In this document: positions 35,438-44,749 of the stretch, one piece after another
How positions within the stretch are numbered: position 1 is the stretch's first letter
Layout of the letters: each line of letters starts with the position of its first letter
NCBI GenBank assembly: GCA_964353855.1
Contig: CAYGWX010000008.1
Span: 1,958 to 65,957, forward strand
Source: an uncultured bacterium
GTDB taxonomy: Bacteria; Edwardsbacteria; CAYGWX01
DNA length: 64,000 nucleotides
Direction: 5' to 3'
The notes under the pieces: generated by a model
Databases searched by the model: none
Seen by the model: the letters and a program-made list of their open reading frames with translations, nothing else
What the model was told of the DNA's origin: nothing
Program-made: the position numbers and the translations under genes

Positions 35438-36372
35438 ACAAACATTGGATAATCAGCTACCTGCTCGGGGGCTTTCTGCTGCTTACAGTCCCGACTTCTA
35501 AAGCGATGACGATATCACCCGCAGAGAAGAAAAGCGAAGCCTATCACCACTACCTACGTGGCCGACACTACGATGTAAAGGGAGCGTACGACAAGGCTGT
35601 AAAAGAACTACGCGAAGCAGCCCGTCTAAACCCCGGTTTTGACCGCGTACACCTAATACTCGGGCAGTCGCTCTTGAATCGGGGAAGCTACAAGGAAGCC
35701 GAGGCCGTTTTGCGGGAGGCCCGGCGAAGGCACCCTGAGGATCCCGCTAACCATGAGCCTCTTGGGAAAGCCCTTGAAAAACAAGGCAAATTGACCGAAG
35801 CCACACGGGAGTATCGAGAAGCCATACGGCTAACTCCCAATTGGGTTTCTGCCCATTACAGCCTCGGCAAGGCGCTCCGCAAACAGAAGAAATACGAAGA
35901 GGCTGAAAAAGAATACCGAGAAGCCCTACGGCTACAGGGCTACCATGATATCTGGATCAACCTTGGGTTGGTTGTTTTGCTTGGGGAGGATGGAAAGAAC
36001 AAAAAAGGGCAGGAAGAATTTTACAAAGCCATCAAGAAGGCCAGCACAGTTATGGATGGAGATATCTGGATTGATATGAATTACAAATTTATAATCAAAA
36101 AACAAAGGGAATATCTGGATAAGGAGAATGCGTATCGGGCTGACCTTAGGAATATCGCGAACGAGGCCAAGGATTTCTACATAGCGTCCTCTTTCTTCGC
36201 CTCTTGGGGCCAAAATGAGGAAGCCTTAATGAGTCTGAATACTGCCATTGAAAAGGGATTCGGATTATGGCCCCTCATGACCAAAGATGCCGATTTGGAT
36301 GAAATTAGAAAGGAGCCGGAGTTTAAGAAACTCGCCCAGACGGTCAAGGAGCGGTGGGAGATGAAGCAGTGA
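35434..36372 (+). CDS. Exported TPR protein with a TPR-end-type C-terminal motif
   Basis: Signal peptide; repeated A..EYREA.RL.P TPRs; EEALMSLNTAIEKGF.....KDADLDEIRKEPEFKKL; ATGA overlap with previous gene. Confidence 0.85.
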   Translation: MNKHWIISYLLGGFLLLTVPTSKAMTISPAEKKSEAYHHYLRGRHYDVKGAYDKAVKELREAARLNPGFDRVHLILGQSLLNRGSYKEAEAVLREARRRHPEDPANHEPLGKALEKQGKLTEATREYREAIRLTPNWVSAHYSLGKALRKQKKYEEAEKEYREALRLQGYHDIWINLGLVVLLGEDGKNKKGQEEFYKAIKKASTVMDGDIWIDMNYKFIIKKQREYLDKENAYRADLRNIANEAKDFYIASSFFASWGQNEEALMSLNTAIEKGFGLWPLMTKDADLDEIRKEPEFKKLAQTVKERWEMKQ

Positions 36373-37145
36373 AAAGGCATCTCTACCCCGCAACCCTTCT
36401 GGCCGCCGTTCTATTTCTCCCGAGCTGCGCGACGATGGCGTTCAGGGAGCATTATGATCGCGGGCTCAGGCTCATGGACCGGGAGAAGTATGAAGAGGCG
36501 CAGAAAGAGCTCCGGGAGGCCGTGCGGCTGAGGCCGATGGACGCATGGGCTCATTATCAATTTGGCGAGGCGATCTGTGAGAGGGGAGGAAATTCCGAGG
36601 GCTTGGGGATAGACGGAGAGGATGGGTACCATGAGTACGAAAAGGCTGCAGATCTCTTTCGCTTGACACTTAAAAGCAAGCCGAACGATATTAAGGCCCT
36701 TTACGGCCTCGGGCTCTCGCTTGGGGGACAGGACAATACCGATTCCGCTGCCGGGACATTCAGGGAGGTCATCAGGCTCAAGCCCGATCACCTTGACGCC
36801 CACTTCGCCCTGGGACGTATGTATTGGAAGGAAGGGAAGTACGAGGAAGCCGAGAAAACCTGCCGGGCCTGCATCCGATTAGCGCCCAAGAACCCCGGAG
36901 GCTATCTCAACCTCGCTATGATCCTGATGCTTTTTGAGGGAAAATACGAGGAGGCTGAAAAGGCCTACCGGGAAGTTCTCCGCTTAAAACCCAATGACAT
37001 AAATGTCCTCATGGGGCTTGCCGAAAGTCTGGACGCCCAGAAAAGACGCAAGGAAGCCCGCTCCTACTGGGAAAAGGCCTTGAAGCACGCCAAAACGCAG
37101 TGGGAAATAGACCGAACCAAACGTCGCCTAGCGGAACCGGATTGA
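36369..37145 (+). CDS. TPR lipoprotein
   Basis: GTG at 36369 overlapping the previous TGA; lipobox FLPSC; 5-6 TPRs; ends KRRLAEPD. Confidence 0.85.
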   Translation: MKRHLYPATLLAAVLFLPSCATMAFREHYDRGLRLMDREKYEEAQKELREAVRLRPMDAWAHYQFGEAICERGGNSEGLGIDGEDGYHEYEKAADLFRLTLKSKPNDIKALYGLGLSLGGQDNTDSAAGTFREVIRLKPDHLDAHFALGRMYWKEGKYEEAEKTCRACIRLAPKNPGGYLNLAMILMLFEGKYEEAEKAYREVLRLKPNDINVLMGLAESLDAQKRRKEARSYWEKALKHAKTQWEIDRTKRRLAEPD

Positions 37146-37155
37146 GGGAGGAGGA

Positions 37156-37944
37156 ATGAAATACGCCTCCCTGGCTTTGCTTCGGCGTCGTTTGCTTTTA
37201 CCAGCCCTCACCCTCGGGGGTCTACTCCTTTTCGCCTTACCCGTCCCGACGAGAGCAAGAGATAGTCTCCAGCTGATACTCGACAGCGCAAAGGTTCATC
37301 TCAAGGAAGGGAAAACCTATCTTCAGCAAGGATATTATTCCCAGGCAGAGAATGAATTCCGTGAGGCGGATCGGTTAAATCCTAACCTGGATAGGGTTCG
37401 ACTTTACATCGGGGATGCTCTTAGAGGCCAGCTCATGTATCAGGCGGCGGAGAGGGAGTATCGCGGGATCATCCAGTCTGACCCAAAGGATACCACCGCG
37501 CGCTATCGCCTTGGGGAGATGTTTAAGTGGCAGAGGAAGTTACCTGAGGCGGAACAGGAATATCACGAAGTCATCCGGATGTACCCCGGCGATTATCTTC
37601 CCCACTTCAAACTCGCAGAGGTGCTGAGGTGGGAGGAAAAGTACTCGGAGGCGGGATCGGAATACCGGGAAGCCATCCGTTTGAACCCCCGGATTAATGA
37701 AGCATATTGGTCTCTTGGTTATATTTTGGAAATGAAAGGTTCCTACGTGGAAGCAGAAACCGTATACCGCGAAAAGCTGCGTTTAACACCTAGTGACGAA
37801 CACTCTGTGATGTATTTAGCTGCCAACTTGGATAAGCAAGGCCGGCGCAAAGAGGCCAGGCCGCTTTGGATACGCGCCTCGAAAAAGTTTAAGTGGGGAG
37901 AACCGAATTATATCATTAAAAAGCGCCTCGCAGAGCCGGATTGA
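37156..37944 (+). CDS. Exported TPR protein (paralog of 36369-37145)
   Basis: Signal peptide; TPRs; ends KKRLAEPD. Confidence 0.85.
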   Translation: MKYASLALLRRRLLLPALTLGGLLLFALPVPTRARDSLQLILDSAKVHLKEGKTYLQQGYYSQAENEFREADRLNPNLDRVRLYIGDALRGQLMYQAAEREYRGIIQSDPKDTTARYRLGEMFKWQRKLPEAEQEYHEVIRMYPGDYLPHFKLAEVLRWEEKYSEAGSEYREAIRLNPRINEAYWSLGYILEMKGSYVEAETVYREKLRLTPSDEHSVMYLAANLDKQGRRKEARPLWIRASKKFKWGEPNYIIKKRLAEPD

Positions 37945-38005
37945 GAGCGGAGGGACCAGATAGAGAAAGTAGCGCGGGAAAGAAGATAAATAAGGAGGCT
38001 TGTAA

Positions 38006-39658
38006 ATGACGGCGTATAAACCGATTAAGGCCCCGAGGGGCCTGAAAAAAACCTGTAAGGGCTGGCATCAGGAGGCCGCCCTCCGGATGCTGATGAACAA
38101 TCTGGAGGTCGGGGAGAAACCCGAGGAGCTTATCATCTACGGGGGCTCGGGGAAGGCCGCCCGGAACTGGGACTGTTACCATGCCATCGTGCGCACGCTC
38201 AAGAAGCTGGAGAACGACGAGACCCTCCTGGTACAGTCCGGCAAGCCGGTCGGGGTGTTCCGAACCCACAGCTATGCTCCGAGAGTACTCATTGCCAACT
38301 CCCTGCTGGTACCGGCCTGGGCCACGGGAGATGAGTTCAGACGGTTAGAAGGCTTAGGGCTCACGATGTACGGCCAGATGACAGCCGGCAGCTGGATTTA
38401 TATCGGGACCCAGGGCATCCTTCAAGGGACCTATGAAACACTGGCCGCCTGCGCGGACAAGCATTTCGGGGGTTCGCTCAAAGGCAAACTCGTGCTCACC
38501 GCAGGCATGGGCGGCATGGGCGGGGCCCAGCCATTGGCCGTTGTCATGAACGAGGGCATCTGTCTGTGCGTGGAAGTGGACCCCTCGCGCATCAAGCGAC
38601 GGCTGGACACACGCTACTGCGATAAGATCACCCATCAGCTGGACGAAGCCCTTAGGTGGGTTGATGAAGCCAAGAAGAAAGGGGAAGCGTTGTCCATCGG
38701 TTTAGTGGGAAACGCCAGCGAGGTGCACAAGGAGCTCCTCAAGCGGGGAATCATCCCGGATGTGCTCACGGACCAGACCTCGGCCCATGACGAGTTGAAC
38801 GGCTACGTGCCCGGTGGGATGAGCTTCGAGGCCGCGCTCGCGTTGCGCAAGCAGGACCCCCAGGCCTATATCAAGGCCTCCTACGAGTCCATGGCCAGGC
38901 ACATGGAGGCCATGCTGGGAATGCAGAAGGCCGGGGCCACCTCCTTCGATTACGGGAACAACCTCAGGGGCCAGGCCAGAAAGGCCGGGGTCGTAAACGC
39001 CTTCGACATCCCGGGATTCGTGCCGGAGTACATCCGGCCCCTGTTCTGCGAAGGCAAGGGGCCGTTCCGCTGGGCCGCGCTTTCCGGGAACCCCAAGGAC
39101 ATCTGGGCCACGGACGAGACCGTGCTCAAGCTCTTTCCCAAGGACAAACCCCTGGCCCGCTGGATCCGCATGGCGCAGCAACGGGTCGCGTTCCAGGGCC
39201 TGCCCTCGCGGATCTGCTGGCTGGGTTACGGGGAGAGGGACAAGTTCGGGTTAGCCATCAACGACCTGGTGAAGAAGAAGAAAGTCTCCGCGCCCATCGT
39301 CATCGGCAGAGACCACCTGGACACCGGGTCAGTCGCTTCCCCCAACCGTGAGACCGAGGGGATGAAAGACGGCTCGGACGCCATCGCGGACTGGCCGGTG
39401 CTGAACGCCCTCTTAAACGCGGTCTCAGGAGCATCCTGGGTCTCTGTTCACCACGGCGGGGGAGTGGGCATTGGCTACTCCCTGCACGCCGGGCAGGTCA
39501 TCGTGGCCGACGGGACCAAGGAGATGGCTTTGCGTCTTTCAAGGGTCCTCACCAACGACCCCGGGACCGGAGTCGCCCGGCACGCGGACGCGGGATACGA
39601 GGAAGCCATCCAGGTGGCCAGGAAGAAGAAGGTCAAGATTCCCATGCTTGGGAAATAG
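38006..39658 (+). CDS. hutU: Urocanate hydratase
   Basis: [84 protein letters not shown]. Confidence 0.98.
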   Translation: MTAYKPIKAPRGLKKTCKGWHQEAALRMLMNNLEVGEKPEELIIYGGSGKAARNWDCYHAIVRTLKKLENDETLLVQSGKPVGVFRTHSYAPRVLIANSLLVPAWATGDEFRRLEGLGLTMYGQMTAGSWIYIGTQGILQGTYETLAACADKHFGGSLKGKLVLTAGMGGMGGAQPLAVVMNEGICLCVEVDPSRIKRRLDTRYCDKITHQLDEALRWVDEAKKKGEALSIGLVGNASEVHKELLKRGIIPDVLTDQTSAHDELNGYVPGGMSFEAALALRKQDPQAYIKASYESMARHMEAMLGMQKAGATSFDYGNNLRGQARKAGVVNAFDIPGFVPEYIRPLFCEGKGPFRWAALSGNPKDIWATDETVLKLFPKDKPLARWIRMAQQRVAFQGLPSRICWLGYGERDKFGLAINDLVKKKKVSAPIVIGRDHLDTGSVASPNRETEGMKDGSDAIADWPVLNALLNAVSGASWVSVHHGGGVGIGYSLHAGQVIVADGTKEMALRLSRVLTNDPGTGVARHADAGYEEAIQVARKKKVKIPMLGK

Positions 39659-39746
39659 GTCTTATAGGAGGACGCTCAAGGGGAGGTTCGTGCCGCTCTC
39701 CCCGGAGCGTTACCCTTTTGGGATTAAAGATTTACGGCCTTTCTTA

Positions 39747-39775
39747 TTGACTTTTCGGCGCATTTTTGGTATAGT
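39747..39775 (+). promoter_or_regulatory. Sigma-70-like promoter for hutI-ftcD
   Basis: TTGACT-17 bp-(TGn)TATAGT. Confidence 0.65.
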
Positions 39776-39793
39776 AAAAAGTTCCAATAAGGC

Positions 39794-41023
39794 ATGGACA
39801 TAGACCTCCTCATCCTGCACGCCGCCCAGGTCGCGACCCCGGGTCATGGCTGGACCCTCCGGGTCATCCGGGACGGAGCTGTGGCCGTGGTCGGTGAAAA
39901 GATCGTAGCGGTGGGGACGACCCGTGAAATTTTTCCCAAGGTGAGGGTGACCAGGAAGACCAGGGTCATCGAGGCCAGAGGCAAGGTCGTCGCTCCGGGT
40001 TTCGTGGACCCCCATACCCATGCCGTCTATGCCGGGTCCAGGGCAAGCGAGTTCGCGCAGAGGCTCGAGGGCGTGCCATACATGGAAATCGCCAAAAAGG
40101 GCGGGGGAATCAACTCCACGGTCCGGGTCACCCGAAAGGCTTCGCGGAAGGAGCTTTTCGATTCGGCCAAAGAGCGGCTCGCCCGGATGCTGGCCTGGGG
40201 CACGACCACGGCCGAGGTCAAGAGCGGGTACGGCCTGTCGTTGGAGGCGGAGCTCAAGATGCTGGAGGTCATTCGCGACCTCGCCGGGAAACAGCCCGTG
40301 GAGCTTATCCCCACGTTTCTGGGGGCGCATGAGGTCCCCAAAGAGTATAAGGCCAGACGGGCCGGGTATATAGACCTCCTCCTCCGAAAGATGATTCCCG
40401 AGGTCGGGAAGAAGGTCCTGGCCGAATACTGTGATGTGTTCTGCGAGAAGGGTGTGTTCAGCGTCCCGGAATCCCGGCGCATCCTGCTCCGGGCCCGAGA
40501 CTGGGGGATGATCCCCAAGGTGCACGCCGATGAGATCACGCCCTTGGGTGGAGCGGAGTTAGCCGCGGAAGTCGGGGCCGCGTCAGCCGACCACCTGGTC
40601 TATCCCTCGCGCAAAGGGATGGCGGCGATGAAGAAGGCGGGTGTGATTCCGGTCCTCCTGCCCGGAACGAGCTTCTTCTTAAACTCAGATTATGCCCCGG
40701 CACGGGAGATGATCGCGATGGGCCTTCCCGTGGCCCTGGCCACGGATCACAACCCCGGCACCTGCACTCTGGAGGGAATGCCGACGGTCATCGGGCTGGC
40801 CTGCCTGAGGCTCAAGATGACCCCGGATGAGGCTTTGATCGCCTCAACCCGGAACGCGGCCAGGGCCATCCTGAGAGAAGAGGTCATCGGTTCCCTGGAC
40901 CCGGGCAAGCAGGCGGATATCCTTCTGCTCGACATCCCGGACTACCGGGAGATCCCCTACCGCTTTGGGACGAACCCGGTGGGCATGGTCATCAAGAAGG
41001 GCCAGGTCGTACACTTCAGGTAA
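39794..41023 (+). CDS. hutI: Imidazolonepropionase
   Basis: PGFVDPHTH, GGGINSTV, EVKSGYGL, FLGAH, DVFCEKGVF, HADEI, ALATDHNPGT. Confidence 0.97.
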   Translation: MDIDLLILHAAQVATPGHGWTLRVIRDGAVAVVGEKIVAVGTTREIFPKVRVTRKTRVIEARGKVVAPGFVDPHTHAVYAGSRASEFAQRLEGVPYMEIAKKGGGINSTVRVTRKASRKELFDSAKERLARMLAWGTTTAEVKSGYGLSLEAELKMLEVIRDLAGKQPVELIPTFLGAHEVPKEYKARRAGYIDLLLRKMIPEVGKKVLAEYCDVFCEKGVFSVPESRRILLRARDWGMIPKVHADEITPLGGAELAAEVGAASADHLVYPSRKGMAAMKKAGVIPVLLPGTSFFLNSDYAPAREMIAMGLPVALATDHNPGTCTLEGMPTVIGLACLRLKMTPDEALIASTRNAARAILREEVIGSLDPGKQADILLLDIPDYREIPYRFGTNPVGMVIKKGQVVHFR

Positions 41024-41040
41024 ATCTTAAGGGAGGGTTT

Positions 41041-42582
41041 GTGGCCAGGATAGTAGAGTGTGTGCCGAACTTCTCGGAGGGACGGCGGCCGGAAGTGGTG
41101 GAGGCGATTGTGGAGGCGATCGCCGAGGTGGAGGGCGTGCGGGTCCTGGACAAGGAGATGGACAAGGACCACAACCGGGCCGTGGTGACCTTCGTGGGCG
41201 AGCCGGAGCCGGTCAGAAAAGCCGCCTTCGCGGGCTGCGCCAAGGCCTGCGAGCTCATCGACATGAACGCGCACACCGGGGAGCACCCCCGCATCGGAGC
41301 CACGGACGTCATCCCGTTCATCCCGATCTCGGGCGTGAGCATCGAGGAATGCATCGACATGGCCCGGGAGCTCGGGGCGGAGATCTCGGAGAAGCTGGGC
41401 ATCCCGGTGTACCTCTACGAGAAGGCCGCCGTGCGGCCGGAGCGGCAGGACCTGGCGTTCATCCGCGAGGGCCAGTACGAGGGCCTCAAGGCGGCCATGG
41501 CCACGGACCCCGCCCGCCGCCCGGATTTCGGACCGCCCAAGATGCATCCCACGGCCGGGGCCACGGTGGTCGGGGCCCGCGATCCGCTGATCGCTTTCAA
41601 TGCCTATCTGAATACCAACGACTTAGAATTAGCCAAGAAGATCGCCCGCCGGGTCCGCTTCCGGGACGGGGGCCTGCGGTTCCTCAAGGCCAACGGCTTC
41701 GCCATCCGCGAGCGGGGCTGCGTGCAGGTCTCGATGAACCTCACCAACTACCTCGGCACCCCGATCCACGACGCCTTCGAGCTCGTCAAGCGCGAGGCCG
41801 AGCGTCACGGACTGGTGGTCACGGACACGGAGATCGTGGGCCTGGTCCCGCTCAATGCCATGATGGACACGGCGGAGTATTACCTGCGCCTGGAGAACTT
41901 TAAGGGCGAACAGGTGCTGGAGAGCAAGCTCTGGGGCGGGGGAGCCGCCGAGCGGGTGCCGACCCTGTTCTTGGAAGAGGTGTCCTCCAAAGCCCCCACG
42001 CCGGGCGGAGGCAGCGTCGCCGCTTTATCCGGAGCCCTGTCCGCGGCCCTGGGGTCCATGGTCTGCCGGCTCACCGTAGGGCGGAAGAAATACGCCGCCG
42101 TGGCCGAGGAGCTGAAGCAGGCCCTGAGGCAGACCGAGCGGGCCCGATCCAAGCTGACCAGCGCCATCGAGACCGATGCCCGGGCGTTCGATGCTGTGAT
42201 GAAAGCCTCCAGGCTGCCCAAGGAGACCCCGGATGAAATCACGAAGCGGGAGGCCGCCCTCCAGGAAGCGACCAAGAAGGCCGCAGAGGTGCCGCTTTCG
42301 GTCATGGAAGAGGTTCGATCGCTCTTAATCCCGCTCCAGGCGATTGCGGAAAAGGGCAACATCAACTCGGTCTCCGATGCCGGCGTGGCCGCGCTCATGG
42401 CCCAAGCCGCCTGCGACGGGGCAGGTTTGAATGTGGAAACCAACTTGCCTGCGATCGCGGAGACCGCGTTCAGGCAAGGCCTTCTCTCGCGGGCGTCCGC
42501 GATCAAAGGGGAGGTTCGAACGAGCGTCCAAGGGATCCTGGAAATCGTCCAGGAACGAATGAAGGAGAAAGCGGGGATTTAA
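41041..42582 (+). CDS. ftcD: Bifunctional glutamate formimidoyltransferase / formimidoyltetrahydrofolate cyclodeaminase
   Basis: VECVPNFSEGRR, DHNRAVVT, GEHPRIGATDVIPF, QVSMNL; C-terminal APTPGGGSVAAL and SVSDAGV. Confidence 0.95.
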   Translation: MARIVECVPNFSEGRRPEVVEAIVEAIAEVEGVRVLDKEMDKDHNRAVVTFVGEPEPVRKAAFAGCAKACELIDMNAHTGEHPRIGATDVIPFIPISGVSIEECIDMARELGAEISEKLGIPVYLYEKAAVRPERQDLAFIREGQYEGLKAAMATDPARRPDFGPPKMHPTAGATVVGARDPLIAFNAYLNTNDLELAKKIARRVRFRDGGLRFLKANGFAIRERGCVQVSMNLTNYLGTPIHDAFELVKREAERHGLVVTDTEIVGLVPLNAMMDTAEYYLRLENFKGEQVLESKLWGGGAAERVPTLFLEEVSSKAPTPGGGSVAALSGALSAALGSMVCRLTVGRKKYAAVAEELKQALRQTERARSKLTSAIETDARAFDAVMKASRLPKETPDEITKREAALQEATKKAAEVPLSVMEEVRSLLIPLQAIAEKGNINSVSDAGVAALMAQAACDGAGLNVETNLPAIAETAFRQGLLSRASAIKGEVRTSVQGILEIVQERMKEKAGI

Positions 42583-43845
42583 GTGAACCCAGAGAAAGCC
42601 TTCGTCAAAGAGGTTCTGGAACAGCCGGAATGGAACGTCGCCCTGGCAGAGCATGCCGAAACCCTGGAGCGAAATCCCAGGGACTTCCGGGCCTGGGGAG
42701 CGATCGGAGACCTCTACACGGAGGCGGGGAAAGGGGATCAGGCTCTCATGGTCTATGAGGAGTTGTTGGGCGGATTGGAGGAGGAGGGCCGTCATCTCGA
42801 GGCCTTGGTCGTGGCCCAGAAGATGTGGCGGGCCAAGCCGCAGAAGGTGGGTCTTCTCAAGCGCATCGGAGAGCTTTACTTGAGGCAGGGGCTGCTCGTG
42901 GGGGGAGTCCACTTCCTATGGCGGTATGCCCTGGAGAAACAGAAAAGGAGACAGCTGGAGCCTTTCCTCAGGACCTGCGACCAAATCGCCCAGGCCTCGG
43001 CCAGCGAGGAGGTTCGCAAGCAGGTCGAATCCCTGAAACGGACCCTGGAGGCGCTTCGAGCGACGATTCCTCCCCGGGGCACGGACGAACCTCACTCCGT
43101 AAAGCCTCTTCCCCCGGAGGCGACCGAGAGAATTAAAGAGCTTCATGCTTTGGGGGCGGAACACTTCCGCAAGGGGTTCTGGGAGACCGCGAGGAAGACC
43201 TGCGGCAAGATCCTCACGCTCTATCCCTACGACCTGGAAGCCCTCAAGATGCGCCTGGAGATCGGACTCAAGACCCGTGACGAGCAGGAGATCGGAACAG
43301 CGATTCTCCGGCTCGCCGAAACGCTGCAGGCCATGGGTCAAGGGGCAGAGGCGGAGGAGGCCTTGCGGAAGATCTCGGACAAATACCCCCGGCTTAAGGA
43401 GGTGCGACGGCGGCTGGAGGGCTTCCAGCGGCCGGATGTCGAGGCGGGGTTCACGGCCCTATCCCAGGGGATCGTCCTGCTCGGACACCTCCTGGACACC
43501 CTGCCCTTCGACGGCGGAGCGAGCTATCTTGACCTAGGCGTCCTTTACCGCCAGGCCGGGCTCCTGGAGCCGGCCAAGGAGGAATTCCAGCGCGCGATGT
43601 CGGATCCGCGGGCGAGCCGAAGAGCCCGGGAGGAGCTTTCCCTGCTCGGGGTCTCCGTGGAGGGGGAGCCGGTTCCGGAGACGACGGGGCCGGAGCCTCA
43701 ACCTGAGCCCGAGCTCCAGGCCCCCCCAGCCTCCTTTGAGCCTTCCCCCGAGGAGCCTCCCCAGGAGAATGCTCCTGAGGCCGAGGAGGCGCCACCGCCC
43801 CCCAAAAGGGTCCCGGCCATTGACAAACGCATCGGATTCGTGTAA
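42583..43845 (+). CDS. TPR protein with Pro/Glu-rich linker and C-terminal KRIGFV motif
   Basis: TPR-like helices (IGDLYTEAG, IGELYLRQG, YLDLGVLYRQAGLLEPAKEEF); EPEP-rich tail. Confidence 0.75.
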   Translation: MNPEKAFVKEVLEQPEWNVALAEHAETLERNPRDFRAWGAIGDLYTEAGKGDQALMVYEELLGGLEEEGRHLEALVVAQKMWRAKPQKVGLLKRIGELYLRQGLLVGGVHFLWRYALEKQKRRQLEPFLRTCDQIAQASASEEVRKQVESLKRTLEALRATIPPRGTDEPHSVKPLPPEATERIKELHALGAEHFRKGFWETARKTCGKILTLYPYDLEALKMRLEIGLKTRDEQEIGTAILRLAETLQAMGQGAEAEEALRKISDKYPRLKEVRRRLEGFQRPDVEAGFTALSQGIVLLGHLLDTLPFDGGASYLDLGVLYRQAGLLEPAKEEFQRAMSDPRASRRAREELSLLGVSVEGEPVPETTGPEPQPEPELQAPPASFEPSPEEPPQENAPEAEEAPPPPKRVPAIDKRIGFV

Positions 43846-43848
43846 ACT
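43820..43848 (+). promoter_or_regulatory. Internal sigma-70-like promoter at the end of the TPR gene, upstream of the ExeA-like ATPase
   Basis: TTGACA-17 bp-TAAACT, with an additional TATAAT at 43849. Confidence 0.45.
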
Positions 43849-43876
43849 TATAATTTAACTCAGGGGAAAGGGACTC

Positions 43877-44710
43877 ATGGATTACGAGCAGTTTTTCCAT
43901 CTCGCAGAAGACCCCTTTGCGAACGTACCGAACAACCGTTTCTTCTACGATAATCCTCAGCACGCCAGAGTCCTGGCCCGGCTGATGCACGCCATCGCGC
44001 GGATGCGGGGCCTGGTCCTCATGGTCGGGGATGTGGGCACGGGGAAGACGATGATGTCCCGCCACCTGCTGGACCGATTGCGCGAGGACGGAACCTATGA
44101 GACCGCCCTCATCATCCTGACCCACGCCGACTTCTCCTCCCTCTGGCTCCTCAAGAAGATCGCCGCGCTCCTGGGCGTCGAGGAGGTGGGAGAGGAGAAA
44201 GCCCGGGTCGTCTCCCAGATCTGCGAACGTCTCATGCAGATTTACGGGGAAGGCCGGAAAGCCCTGATCATCATCGACGAAGCCAACCTGCTCAGGAATC
44301 GCGAGGTCCTGGAGGACCTGCGCGGCCTGCTGAACGTGGAGGTGGCCGATGCCCGGCTCATCTCCTTCCTCCTCACGGGACTGCCCGAGATGGAGAAGAA
44401 CCTGTTGGGTGATGCGGCCCTCAAGCAGCGGGTGGCCCTGCGCTGCGAGGTCCAGCCGATGAGCCCGGAGACGGTCAAGGGCTACATCAAACACCGCCTG
44501 AAGGTCGCCGGGCGGTCCGAAGACCTCTTCACGGAGAGCGCCCTGGACGCCATCGCCCTTTTCTCCGGGGGGAGCCCCAGGCTGGTAAACGCGATCTGCG
44601 ACAACGCCCTCCTGGAGGGATTCCTGGCGGAGAGACCCCTCATCGACCAGACCCTCGTCCAGGAGGTCGCTCAATCCCTGGGCTTAGAAGAAGCCAAGGC
44701 AGGCGCATAG
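43877..44710 (+). CDS. ExeA/GspA-like AAA ATPase
   Basis: YEQFFHLAEDPF, GDVGTGKT, LIIIDEANLL, LKQRVALR, FSGGSPRLVNAICDNALL. Confidence 0.92.
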   Translation: MDYEQFFHLAEDPFANVPNNRFFYDNPQHARVLARLMHAIARMRGLVLMVGDVGTGKTMMSRHLLDRLREDGTYETALIILTHADFSSLWLLKKIAALLGVEEVGEEKARVVSQICERLMQIYGEGRKALIIIDEANLLRNREVLEDLRGLLNVEVADARLISFLLTGLPEMEKNLLGDAALKQRVALRCEVQPMSPETVKGYIKHRLKVAGRSEDLFTESALDAIALFSGGSPRLVNAICDNALLEGFLAERPLIDQTLVQEVAQSLGLEEAKAGA

Positions 44711-44749
44711 TTCCGATGCGATCGGCAGTGGAAAGGAGGTGAGGCGCTT

